DNA of 64,000 nucleotides from a virus (Duplodnaviria; Caudoviricetes): IMG/VR virus record IMGVR_UViG_3300048549_001527; one strand, 5' to 3'. Shown piece by piece: positions 55,564 to 64,000 of this stretch (position 1 is its first letter; each line of letters starts with the position of its first letter). The notes under the pieces were generated by a model. It saw only the letters and a program-made list of their open reading frames with translations, ran no database searches and was not told where the DNA came from. The position numbers and the translations under genes were made by a program.

Positions 55564-57222
55564 TTAAGCTTCGCAGGCTGCGCATCCTTCTAACATTACA
55601 CGCTTTCGAGTAAGTGATTGCGCTGCGGACATTGAATAACTGTAATACAAACTTTTTACACCCATTTCCCACGCGTATAGATACATTTGATTGATTTCTT
55701 TAACAGACATATCAGGATCTAACATTAGGTTTAAACTTTGCGATTGGTCAATGTATTCTTGGCGAATTGCAGCCTGGTCAATAATTGCGTTTGGATTAAT
55801 TTCTGAAAACGTTTTGAATACAGCTCGTTCATTTTCATCCAGCAATTCGTCAAGGTGTTGCACTGATCCATCTCTTGCTTTAATACTATCCCACGTTTCA
55901 ACAGTATCTGCGCCTTTATCTTCAAGTAGTTTTTGCAGATATGGATTTTTGATTGTAACTTTCATTTTGGCCAAATCTTTAACATAACAGTTGCTAAACT
56001 CAGGCTCAATGGATTGTGATACTTGGCCAAGAATAAAGCTTGATGATTTAGTAGGAGCAATTGCCATCGTTGTAGTATTACGCATTCCATAACCTTTTAG
56101 CAAAGGTGGTTCACCTAAAGTTTTTGCTAATTCTGCAGACGCCGCATGTGATCTTTCACGTAATGTTTGTGCAATTTCTAAATTCAACTTTGATGCAGCT
56201 GAACCTTCAAAGGCCATCATTTTTGATTGAAGTAACGAATGCCATCCAAGAATACCAACACCAAGCGCACGGTGGTTCATAGCAAAATCTCGAGCTCGTT
56301 TTAAATAAATTTGACCTTCCGTTTTAATAATGAATTCTTCACAAACAGTATCAAGGAATTTTGTCATTGTTTCAATTGCGTCAGTATCTTTAATTTGATC
56401 CCAATGCAATACATTGATAGAAGAAAGAACACAAGTAAACGTTTCTTCGTGGCTTGAAGGTAATGCAATTTCAGCGCACATATTAGAAGCATATACTCTT
56501 AAGTCTTTATCTTTGTAAACTTGAGGTCTTCCGTTGTTTACATTATCGGAATATAAGATATAAGGAAACCCAACTTCAGAACGACGTTGCAAAACTTTTG
56601 CCCATAGACGTCGCTTTTCAGGATCTCCTGCTTTCATTTCTTCAATGAATTTGTCGCTAACAGTAATACCAGTTGTTAGACCTTGAATAGGATTACCTTC
56701 TGTACCAATGTCCAAAAATTCATCAGCATCAGGATGTTCAATATCTTGATAAGCTGCAAAGAATCCACGACGAACAGAACCTTGTGATACAACAGATGCG
56801 AGTGTATCATACATTTGCATAAAGTGTACTGAACCTGACGATTCTCCTGAGTCTCTTATGGGAGCACCACGGTGGCGGATGTTACCAAAATAACCTGACG
56901 TACCGCCGCCGTTTTTCATAAGCATACCATTTTCAGCGTGACCAAACAAAATAGCTTGCATGCTATCGTCAATATAAGATCCAAAACATGACACAGGCAA
57001 ACCACGTTCCTTACCATAGTTAGCCCATACTGGCGAAGCTAAAGAATAAAAGCCACGAGCCATGTATTCATAAAACTTGTCTGCAAATCCTGGCTCGTTT
57101 AAATACTCTTCTGCTTTGTTTGCAATATCACGGATACGGCTCTCAGGAGTTTCACCTTCACTGAGATAGCCGCGTGACAAAAATGTACGAGAGTCCTCGT
57201 TTAACCAATAAAAATCTTTCAT
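55564..57222 (-). CDS. nrdA: Class I ribonucleotide reductase alpha subunit, no ATP cone
   Basis: [33 protein letters not shown]-terminal CAAC. Confidence 0.95.
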   Translation of the reverse strand: MKDFYWLNEDSRTFLSRGYLSEGETPESRIRDIANKAEEYLNEPGFADKFYEYMARGFYSLASPVWANYGKERGLPVSCFGSYIDDSMQAILFGHAENGMLMKNGGGTSGYFGNIRHRGAPIRDSGESSGSVHFMQMYDTLASVVSQGSVRRGFFAAYQDIEHPDADEFLDIGTEGNPIQGLTTGITVSDKFIEEMKAGDPEKRRLWAKVLQRRSEVGFPYILYSDNVNNGRPQVYKDKDLRVYASNMCAEIALPSSHEETFTCVLSSINVLHWDQIKDTDAIETMTKFLDTVCEEFIIKTEGQIYLKRARDFAMNHRALGVGILGWHSLLQSKMMAFEGSAASKLNLEIAQTLRERSHAASAELAKTLGEPPLLKGYGMRNTTTMAIAPTKSSSFILGQVSQSIEPEFSNCYVKDLAKMKVTIKNPYLQKLLEDKGADTVETWDSIKARDGSVQHLDELLDENERAVFKTFSEINPNAIIDQAAIRQEYIDQSQSLNLMLDPDMSVKEINQMYLYAWEMGVKSLYYSYSMSAAQSLTRKRVMLEGCAACEA

Positions 57223-57234
57223 GTTTTTTCCTTA

Positions 57235-58518
57235 TTAAAATAGATCGTCTTCAGTGAATGCTTTGGTCTTTTTAGAATATGCTGTACTACGTTTGACAAA
57301 GAAATCAACATTCTTTGTGCTCAAAATTTCTTCAACAAACCAGTCGGTACTTTTTACCGCTTCTTGATCTACCTCATATAAAGGCTTCATATCTATAGCT
57401 GTTAACGATTGGTTGAAACGATGTTTTAGGAATTCTTTAACAGTTGCTTTCGGCAAAAAGTCTAGATCAGAATCACCATAGATCCAGTCGACGATAGCAG
57501 ACTCAGCCTTGAAGGCATCACGGCAAAGTCTATTCACTTCATTAATTGTGTCTTTATCAAACCACTCTGGGTTTTCTTCACGGATAATATTTACAAGCTC
57601 AAATCCGAAACGAGCGTGGATATCTTCTTCTTTTGATGTTGCTTCAACAGCATTGGAAATACCTTTGAGTACGTTCTTATGTTTGTTAAATGCCATCATA
57701 ATTAGAAACTGACTAAACAATGATACGTTTTCAACAAACATCGAGAATAGAATAATTTTATGAAAATAGTCTTTATCATCAACAGGAGCAGCAATTGATT
57801 GCTCAAGATAAGCAATACGCTTTTTCATAGCAGGTACTTCTACAACTTTTGCAAACTCTTCATTGAGTCCCATAATTTCAATAAGGTTTGAATATGCGTC
57901 TGCATGGCGTACTTCAGATTCGCCAAAGGTTACGCCAACCGCTTGTACTTCTGGCTTTGGAAACTTATCGCCAATCTTTGACCAAAACGTTTTAACTGCA
58001 ACTTCAATCTGTGAAATAGCCAACATTGCTTTCTTTACAATATCAACCTCTTCAGGTGTCATACGAACTTTCATATCTTGAATATCTGAAGAGTAATTAA
58101 ACTCAGTATGAACCCAATACGAATGGCGAATAGCGTCGGTAAACTCAACTACCTGTGGATATTCGTATGGCTTTAAACTTGTTCTTTTACGAAAGATGTT
58201 TGGCTGATTATTATAACGGAAAAGAATATACTCACGGGCAAGATCATGTAATCCCATGTCCATAATTACGTTTTCAACCTTTTGATGTACGGCATCAACA
58301 TCAACTTGGATGTCTGCTTCGGCGTCATTATTCAACATATCAGTAACTTCCAACGCAACTTCACCAGGAAGCATTTTACTGCGCATACCAACGGTTTTCA
58401 TAGCTTTAGATACTGCAGTACTAATTTTATTTTCATCATAAGATTCGGTAGTACCATCGCGTTTAGTAACGTAATTAACTCGTCTTAAAATTTCTGGTGG
58501 TGTTGATTGTAGCATCAT
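57235..58518 (-). CDS. nrdB: Ribonucleotide reductase beta subunit with N-terminal ATP cone
   Basis: N-term VTKRDG..ESYD.NKI..AV.KA...V..VHQKVEN..M......LAREYI.FR; then SEVRHADAYS, VENVSLFSQF, KEEDIHA. Confidence 0.93.
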   Translation of the reverse strand: MMLQSTPPEILRRVNYVTKRDGTTESYDENKISTAVSKAMKTVGMRSKMLPGEVALEVTDMLNNDAEADIQVDVDAVHQKVENVIMDMGLHDLAREYILFRYNNQPNIFRKRTSLKPYEYPQVVEFTDAIRHSYWVHTEFNYSSDIQDMKVRMTPEEVDIVKKAMLAISQIEVAVKTFWSKIGDKFPKPEVQAVGVTFGESEVRHADAYSNLIEIMGLNEEFAKVVEVPAMKKRIAYLEQSIAAPVDDKDYFHKIILFSMFVENVSLFSQFLIMMAFNKHKNVLKGISNAVEATSKEEDIHARFGFELVNIIREENPEWFDKDTINEVNRLCRDAFKAESAIVDWIYGDSDLDFLPKATVKEFLKHRFNQSLTAIDMKPLYEVDQEAVKSTDWFVEEILSTKNVDFFVKRSTAYSKKTKAFTEDDLF

Positions 58519-58576
58519 CGGTCCTCTTTCTTATGTGTTTGTGCTAAAGCCAAAGATATACCTCCCGACTTAATCG

Positions 58577-58623
58577 GATCAATATATTGTGGCTAAGGGA
58601 TATTCTTTAACTATAGATGTCAA
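58577..58623. promoter_or_regulatory. Tandem NrdR-box-like operator upstream of nrdB-nrdA
   Basis: gatCAATATATTGTGg (58577-58592) and taaCTATAGATgtcaa (58608-58623), 31 bp apart. Confidence 0.6.
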
Positions 58624-58692
58624 ATTGTAGGGATATTTATTCATTTAGGTTTCTGTTTTTGGGCAATATTTAAACTTTTTTTATTTTTATTT

Positions 58693-59355
58693 TTAAACAT
58701 AGGTATCAATTAACGGGAATATTTTGGATATAGCCTTTGCGCATTCAGACGCAATATCCATATGTTCTTGCTGAGTACCATTTGACGCGCGCAACTCAAT
58801 GTAATGGATCCAAGACCGAATAGATCCTTGCATATACAAACGACTAATAGTATTACCTTCAGGTAAAACTGCTCGAGCCTGTTCTTTAGCGATACCATTT
58901 TCAATTGCCCATTTATATGCAGCTTCTGCAGCACGAATAACTTCACCTTGTTTTGAGTCCCACAACATTTGCAAACGTTCGTCATCATTGGCAATACTGT
59001 TTTGGCGATTTTTAGTATCTTGCAAACGCGCTTCGCGTAATACAAATTGGTTACCCATAAGAGCAGGATCTGCGTATCGTTGACTAAATTCTTGAAAAGC
59101 AAAAGAACGGTGACGTAACATCTGACGTGCAATATCACGAGTTGTTTCAATTTCCATAGTAGCATTTGCCATTTCAAACGGTGACCAATGTGCATGTTTA
59201 GCAAGGTACGCCAAAAGTTTAGGAGCAGTTTCTTGGTTCAATTGGTTGCTTGGGTTTGATACTCTTGCACAATACGCAATCATATCTTGAACATCATCCA
59301 ATCCGATGATTTCTCCTGTAGCCGGTTGAGTATATCCGATTAATCTAACTTGCAT
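58693..59355 (-). CDS. thyX: Flavin-dependent thymidylate synthase
   Basis: AYCARVSN; HWSPFE; RQMLRHRSFAFQEFSQRY; EQARAVLP; R....TQ.EH. Confidence 0.96.
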   Translation of the reverse strand: MQVRLIGYTQPATGEIIGLDDVQDMIAYCARVSNPSNQLNQETAPKLLAYLAKHAHWSPFEMANATMEIETTRDIARQMLRHRSFAFQEFSQRYADPALMGNQFVLREARLQDTKNRQNSIANDDERLQMLWDSKQGEVIRAAEAAYKWAIENGIAKEQARAVLPEGNTISRLYMQGSIRSWIHYIELRASNGTQQEHMDIASECAKAISKIFPLIDTYV

Positions 59356-59364
59356 TTTATATCC

Positions 59365-60369
59365 TTATGATTTGCGCCATGCGCTGAGTTTCAATTCTGC
59401 TTGTAATCCTTGGTAAGTGTTATCTTCAATCAACTTTTCAGGATCAAGTCCTGCTAAATAGATTTCATTAATATCTTTACCTGGAACATCAGTTGGCCAT
59501 ATGCAAACCTTGTAGCCTGCTTTAATAACCTTTTCCATTCTTTTGTGTATTTCTTTATTTCTTGGTTCTGCGTCAAACACATATATTGCGTTATCTCCAG
59601 CCGCGTTACCGTTACCTTCAGCACCGTTCATAGCAATAGCGTTTTCAAGAAAGAAACTGTCTATAGCGCCTTCAACGATATAATAAGGTTGGGCAAAGTT
59701 AACTGTGTCAAGACCAAAAATCTTCGGCCTTTCATCAAACATTATAGTTATATATCTAATCCCCTTAGGATCAAAACCACGAGCAGATACGCCAAAACAT
59801 TTACCGTGTTGATCCAAGAAAGGTATTACCAATCGCGGCTCGTCTTTACCGACGTTTTCAAATTTGTTGGGAATAATTTCGTTAATCCATGTTTTAAACT
59901 TTTTTGCAAAATATAAACGGTAATGGTGTTTAGTTGGTATCTTACGCTTTTCAATATATTTCTTAATAGGATGGTCGTATTTAAGTTGGCTTACCTTTTT
60001 AATTTTTGATAAAGGATTAGTTTTATTAAACTTTGGAACTTCAGTCTTAAACTGATTCGCGTCAGGTTCCGAGTCTTTTATTGAAGTATTAGCCATAAAC
60101 TTTTCAGCAACGTAATCATTATACAGTAGCTGATCTATGCTCTTTAAAAAGAACGAAAAACCTTGGCTGGCTCCACAGTTGTGGCAGTAATAATGAAACG
60201 CATTCTTGGACTCTAGAAGCCATCCACGGCTTTTAGACCGTGACTTCTGGGAGTCCCCACAAACCGGGCACCGAAAGTTAATTTTGTAAGGATTTGTGTT
60301 ACGTATCCTAAAGTTTTCCAAACGCCCAGATAGCATTTGTGCATACTTTAGTTCTGTAAAATCTACCAT
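59365..60369 (-). CDS. gp61: DNA primase gp61
   Basis: NFRCPVCGDSQKS; YYCHNCG; RLVIPF; IFGLD; YIVEGAIDS; FDAEPRNKEI; KDINE. Confidence 0.95.
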   Translation of the reverse strand: MVDFTELKYAQMLSGRLENFRIRNTNPYKINFRCPVCGDSQKSRSKSRGWLLESKNAFHYYCHNCGASQGFSFFLKSIDQLLYNDYVAEKFMANTSIKDSEPDANQFKTEVPKFNKTNPLSKIKKVSQLKYDHPIKKYIEKRKIPTKHHYRLYFAKKFKTWINEIIPNKFENVGKDEPRLVIPFLDQHGKCFGVSARGFDPKGIRYITIMFDERPKIFGLDTVNFAQPYYIVEGAIDSFFLENAIAMNGAEGNGNAAGDNAIYVFDAEPRNKEIHKRMEKVIKAGYKVCIWPTDVPGKDINEIYLAGLDPEKLIEDNTYQGLQAELKLSAWRKS

Positions 60370-60386
60370 AATAAAAAGCTCAATCT

Positions 60387-60431
60387 GATTCCATATTATT
60401 AAATTATAATTGGATCAGGCCCAAATGTCAA
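60387..60431 (-). promoter_or_regulatory. Consensus sigma70 promoter for primase, GANTC in leader
   Basis: TTGACA-17nt-TATAAT; GAATC at 60391-60387. Confidence 0.8.
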
Positions 60432-60922
60432 CCAAATAATGTAGGCCAATTTACCCTCGCTAACAAAACTACAACAACGGCACCAACACCCATCATATAA
60501 TAACGCCAGTTTTCAAGATGATTAATCTTTTTCTGCTGGTCATTAATTCTTTGATGTACTGCTTTTTCCATGTTGTCGATTTTATCTAATATTTCTTTAA
60601 CGTTATCACTTCTTTTGGATGCGTTATGATCTGCCAACCTCTGATGATCGTATCTTGAAGAGCGTCTATACTCTTCGAGGCGAGATGAAAGGACATTCAT
60701 TCTTAATTCGTCTGTGCGCTTTGTTTCTTCGCAAAGCCTTTCGACATCTTCTAACTTTTGTTTAGTATTTTCAATGACTTCCGACTGAACTGCAACATTC
60801 TTTGACAGCTCGACCATGACGTCCATTGAATCTTCTACACGCGCAAAAAACTTTTGTATTTGTTTGATATCTGATTTAATTAAAGCGATATCAGTTTCCC
60901 AGTTTGACTTTATATTTGCCAA
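60428..60922 (-). CDS. Coiled-coil protein with single C-terminal TM segment (possible holin-like)
   Basis: TTG start with AAGGA RBS; IN.LENWRYYMMG + hydrophobic tail; adjacent to spanins. Confidence 0.5.
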   Translation of the reverse strand: MANIKSNWETDIALIKSDIKQIQKFFARVEDSMDVMVELSKNVAVQSEVIENTKQKLEDVERLCEETKRTDELRMNVLSSRLEEYRRSSRYDHQRLADHNASKRSDNVKEILDKIDNMEKAVHQRINDQQKKINHLENWRYYMMGVGAVVVVLLARVNWPTLFG

Positions 60923-60987
60923 TTTACTATCCTTTTTTGCCTTTTTTTGTTTAGGAGGCTGGTGGCGAACTCCATACTGTTACAATT

Positions 60988-61018
60988 AAAAAAAGGGGCA
61001 ATGACCATATTACCCCTT
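60988..61018 (-). terminator. Rho-independent terminator after spanins
   Basis: AAGGGGTAAT-atggtc-ATTGCCCCTT followed by a T-run on - strand. Confidence 0.8.
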
Positions 61019-61019
61019 A

Positions 61020-61048
61020 ACTTTATCACAGTTGCATTATTTTGTCAA
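61020..61048 (-). promoter_or_regulatory. Sigma70-type promoter abutting the terminator stem
   Basis: TTGACA-17nt-TAAAGT. Confidence 0.55.
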
Positions 61049-61051
61049 TAT

Positions 61052-61432
61052 CTATTTATCTGTTAAAGCCTCTTCATAATAGCCAATTATGGCTTGTTGC
61101 TCTTTTATATATCTTCTAAGATCACCAATTCCAATTGCAAGGTTTTCATAACCTTTAGCGGATATAGCAAAAAATACTACGTTTCCTGTACTTGATTTTA
61201 ATTCTTGGATTTTTTCATCAAGGTTTTCTTCTGTGACAACATACCACTCAACTGGTGGGAAATCTACTTTACCTGGCCTTGATTGAATTGGAACATTTTG
61301 TTCTACATATTCAGTTTGTGTTACTACCGTCGGCTCCGGAGTCCTCCCCAGACACGCCGTCAGCATCGTCAGCGGTACTAGGATTAGGATCAGTTTCGTC
61401 GGCAATTCTTTCAATAAGTTTTTCAACTGCAT
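61052..61432 (-). CDS. Outer-membrane spanin (Rz1-like lipoprotein)
   Basis: Lipobox LTAC after hydrophobic run; Pro-rich segment; overlaps the 3' end of i-spanin in another frame. Confidence 0.75.
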   Translation of the reverse strand: MQLKNLLKELPTKLILILVPLTMLTACLGRTPEPTVVTQTEYVEQNVPIQSRPGKVDFPPVEWYVVTEENLDEKIQELKSSTGNVVFFAISAKGYENLAIGIGDLRRYIKEQQAIIGYYEEALTDK

Positions 61433-61760
61433 TGTTTACCCTTTCCTCCAAATTTTGCGCATCAGTGAGCGCTTCCATAGTCAAATCAATTTTTGCAAAA
61501 ACCCCTCTAAGTTTGGTTAAATGCTCCTGCGATTGTTGCAATTGTTGAGTTAAATTTTTATTTAGTTCTTCATTCCGTGCCGCATCCGCAACCATTCGGT
61601 CAACAGTGTTTTGCAGAGTTTCTGCAGCATCCTGAAGTTTTACATTGTTTGTACGCAAAGTGGTGATAGTTTCCTGGGACCAATCAAAATATGATTTTGC
61701 CGCGAAACCACCACCACCTAAAATACCTAATATGATTAAAATTAGATAGAGTCTAGCCAA
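61311..61760 (-). CDS. Inner-membrane spanin (Rz-like)
   Basis: N-terminal TM followed by long coiled coil; overlapping Rz1-like gene. Confidence 0.75.
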   Translation of the reverse strand: MARLYLILIILGILGGGGFAAKSYFDWSQETITTLRTNNVKLQDAAETLQNTVDRMVADAARNEELNKNLTQQLQQSQEHLTKLRGVFAKIDLTMEALTDAQNLEERVNNAVEKLIERIADETDPNPSTADDADGVSGEDSGADGSNTN

Positions 61761-61762
61761 GC

Positions 61763-61978
61763 TTAGTCCTCTTCCTCATCCTCATCGTCGTCATCTTCGT
61801 CGTCCTGATCTTCATCATCTTCGTCCTCGTCGTCATCCTCATCTGCTTCCATCATAGCAGCTGTTGCTTTTTCTTCGAGTGCGGCGAGAATGCGTTTTTC
61901 CATTTCTTCTTCAAACGCTTCTTTTAAACCAAGTGGACGTGCCTCGACGGCTTCCTGAACAATCTTTTCTAAAGACAT
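61763..61978 (-). CDS. Small acidic protein resembling prohead core protein gp67
   Basis: About 45-aa helical N-part followed by a D/E tail; AGGAG RBS; AATAAATA late-like promoter upstream. Confidence 0.55.
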   Translation of the reverse strand: MSLEKIVQEAVEARPLGLKEAFEEEMEKRILAALEEKATAAMMEADEDDDEDEDDEDQDDEDDDDEDEEED

Positions 61979-62019
61979 GTTTTTTCTCCTTGTTAAGTTA
62001 TCTGTGTATTATTTATTAA

Positions 62020-62874
62020 TTAAAACATTTTGGCTTGGGTTGCCGGTCCTACAATACCGTCTGCTACTAAACCATTAAGTTTTTGCCATTTTTTGACTGA
62101 TGTTTGCGTACCAAACCCAAAATCTCCATCTGCAGTAATACCTAAGGCTTTTTGCATTTTAGCAACATCGTCGCCTTTCATACCTTTACGCAAAGTACGA
62201 GATTTTGCCGGTGCAGATTTCTTTGCCGGTTTTGGCGCTGAAACTTTTCCGCCAAGAATAGCTAATGCTTCTTCCCAACGACGAGTACGATCTTCAAGCC
62301 CAATAGTACCACCATTAATCTTTTTAGTTAATCCTTTGATGTCACCTTTATCAGCCCATTTGTCTAGTTTGTTTGTTGCCCAAAACCAACATGCTGACTC
62401 TAGTGCTCCTCGTTCGGTTGCAACGTAGTCTGCTGCTTCTTCGGCGGACATGCCGACTGATTTTCCAAACGCTGTATAATTGTTTCTACCTGTAAGTTGC
62501 TTAATGCCGCGGCCCCTAAATCTCCACCCATCACCGGCAGTGGTGTTGCCCATAGCGCCTCGTTTGCTGCGGAATTCATCTTGGTAAACATAGTTTGCAA
62601 TTTTTTCAGGTTTGCGCGCATACTCTTTAGCATTTCTTTTACCCTTTCCGAAATAACGACCAAACACTCCGTTTAACGCTTTTTCGCTGTAGTTTAAATT
62701 TTCTTCAAGTCTCGTAAAGTCTAAAGACTCATGAGCGCATTGAGCCATGAAACCTGCTAATCGGTTTGTTGTATTAATTTCGTATTTTTCAAACATAGGA
62801 ACCGCGGCATCATACCAAGACTCGGGGTCCTTATTCTTTGGGATCATTGCGCTAAATTGTTCTAATGTAATCAT
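62020..62874 (-). CDS. GH19 chitinase-class endolysin with C-terminal peptidoglycan-binding domain
   Basis: RLAGFMAQCAHES; ENLNYS; DGWRFRGRGIKQLTGRNNY; SACWFW; INGG.IGLEDR; LRKG.KGDDV..MQ..L...ADG.FG. Confidence 0.92.
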   Translation of the reverse strand: MITLEQFSAMIPKNKDPESWYDAAVPMFEKYEINTTNRLAGFMAQCAHESLDFTRLEENLNYSEKALNGVFGRYFGKGKRNAKEYARKPEKIANYVYQDEFRSKRGAMGNTTAGDGWRFRGRGIKQLTGRNNYTAFGKSVGMSAEEAADYVATERGALESACWFWATNKLDKWADKGDIKGLTKKINGGTIGLEDRTRRWEEALAILGGKVSAPKPAKKSAPAKSRTLRKGMKGDDVAKMQKALGITADGDFGFGTQTSVKKWQKLNGLVADGIVGPATQAKMF

Positions 62875-63806
62875 AAAGTTTCTCCATTAATAATATTTCT
62901 CAGTGTTTTACGCTTTTTACTTTTATTTTTAGATGTCCATTTTTTCTGAGCAGCTTTTGACATGGCAGTACCATCCATACCTGCGATATTTCCATCTCCG
63001 ACGTTATTAACTGGCGTATCTTCTTTTAATCTATCCATAATCCAATCTTTAGCGTTGGCTTTACCATACTCGGTGGTTTCCCACTCCCAACTGCCTCTAC
63101 GTTTATCCCAAACCATAACTTTCCATTCGCCTTTATGGCGTTCGTTACTATCTAAAGATTTTTCGATTTGATATTTCTTACCACCAATAGTAGCTTGTAT
63201 TTCGCCATTAGGTCCAGCTTTTTTCCAACGCGGAGCGGCAGCTTCTTCTAATGATTCATCAACCGCCAACTTGGCAGCAATTGCCATTTGACGGCGTTTT
63301 TCTTTTGACTTGCCTTTAAACTGAGGAGCGTCTGATTTGTAAAAGTCGTCAATCCAATCGCCCATATCATCAGATGCTTTTAACTTTTCTAAAAAAAGTT
63401 CAGCCTTTTCATTTAAACCATTGACATCTTCTGCAAGTGTGGTATAATGAGTATATCTACTATAAAATAATTGTATTGATTCATCTAATTGTTTATCAGT
63501 CAATTCTTCTGTAAGAGTAGTTTCATCAGTAAAATGTTTATATTCTTTGATTAGAAACAAGGCTGCAGCATAAGATGCAAACCTAGAACTACCCCCAGGT
63601 ACTTTAGCCAACAACTTTTTAAGATTGGCTATCATCCTATCAAAGACGCCCCACGCTTTACGTTGAGCGGCCTTAGTAAAATCTTTTGATTTAATTAGGA
63701 CCTTACCTTTTTCATCAATGATGCCAAGTTTATATGCTTCCCATTTATTAAATGGAGTCGCAAGGCGACGGATGAATTGGTATACTAAAAATAAATCAAC
63801 GATCAT
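62871..63806 (-). CDS. Conserved T4-like protein with appended internal-head-type modules
   Basis: N-term VYQFIRRLATPFNKWEAYKLGIIDEKG; then DDMGDWIDDFYKSDAPQFKGKSKEKRRQMAIAA and EDTPVNNVG.G.IAG. Confidence 0.65.
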   Translation of the reverse strand: MIVDLFLVYQFIRRLATPFNKWEAYKLGIIDEKGKVLIKSKDFTKAAQRKAWGVFDRMIANLKKLLAKVPGGSSRFASYAAALFLIKEYKHFTDETTLTEELTDKQLDESIQLFYSRYTHYTTLAEDVNGLNEKAELFLEKLKASDDMGDWIDDFYKSDAPQFKGKSKEKRRQMAIAAKLAVDESLEEAAAPRWKKAGPNGEIQATIGGKKYQIEKSLDSNERHKGEWKVMVWDKRRGSWEWETTEYGKANAKDWIMDRLKEDTPVNNVGDGNIAGMDGTAMSKAAQKKWTSKNKSKKRKTLRNIINGETL

Positions 63807-63810
63807 AAGA

Positions 63811-64000
63811 TCATATTCCTTTAAGTTTTTCTTCTATAACTGAATCAGATATAATATTGTCTTTACCTATTATACGATCGTCATATATTACTTCTATAGG
63901 CATGTAGTTTAAGTATTCAACAAACGGCTTAATATACTCATGATATTCTTCGAGTTTCATGAATAGCATATGTGTTGCCTCAGGCCCAAACATATTATAG
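63811..64000 (-). CDS. 3' part of a conserved T4-like hypothetical protein (runs off window)
   Basis: Frame is open past the window end (..YNMFGPEATHMLF.KL...YIKPF..YLNYMP). Confidence 0.6.
   Translation of the reverse strand, partial: YNMFGPEATHMLFMKLEEYHEYIKPFVEYLNYMPIEVIYDDRIIGKDNIISDSVIEEKLKGI

Noticed and set aside
21905..59355. Introns/inteins in gp17, gp20, gp23, nrdA, nrdB, thyX
   Set aside because: All are continuous and of expected length
60428..60922. Firm holin call
   Set aside because: Single C-terminal TM and separation from the lysis genes by a terminator; topology differs from T4 holin T
60925..60985. Possible riboswitch or sRNA (GGAGTTCGCCACCAGCCTCC)
   Set aside because: Only a 4-bp stem and no match to a riboswitch consensus I can support
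713..63171. Numerous short ORFs in the track that are antisense or out of frame to long genes
   Set aside because: They are shadows of well-supported genes, with no RBS, no family motifs and no operon fit
1..64000. tRNA genes, integrase, alternative genetic code
   Set aside because: No cloverleaf or T-loop signatures or recombinase motifs noticed by eye; core genes are intact under the standard code. A tRNAscan/ARAGORN run would confirm

Overview
This is a 64-kb segment of a lytic T4-like myovirus genome of roughly 37% GC (estimated by eye). The host is most likely a marine alphaproteobacterium, inferred from a GapR homolog, a Shemin-pathway ALA synthase and GANTC-marked promoters. Bases 1-31.9 kb (+ strand) hold the late structural module: three fibre proteins (one a 3200-aa modular fibre with an S74 chaperone, one collagen-like), a three-gene glyco-enzyme insert, then gp13-14-15-16-17-18-19-20-(68-like)-21-22-23 with T4-type TATAAATA late promoters. 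Bases 32-64 kb (- strand) hold early, middle and accessory genes: GapR, a nucleotidyltransferase plus APS-kinase pair, DUF932, DenV-like glycosylase, exonuclease, PAAR, PhoH, RNase H, dNMP kinase, a GIY-YIG nuclease, glutaredoxin, nucleotide-sugar enzymes, a GT17-sulfotransferase fusion, YbaN plus HemA, NrdA and ATP-cone NrdB, ThyX, primase and a lysis cassette. The most notable observations are: (1) a possible phage glycan synthesis and sulfation system; (2) sigma70 promoters carrying GANTC (CcrM/GcrA-type) sites at fixed positions; (3) tandem NrdR-like boxes before an ATP-cone NrdB; (4) a hairpin-occluded, late-promoter-released nuclease RBS; (5) a heme-precursor module; (6) a cassette-built giant fibre; (7) a gp67-like gene inside the lysis cassette. 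No tRNA, CRISPR array, integrase, intron or DGR was seen. All family assignments come from motif recognition, not database searches.
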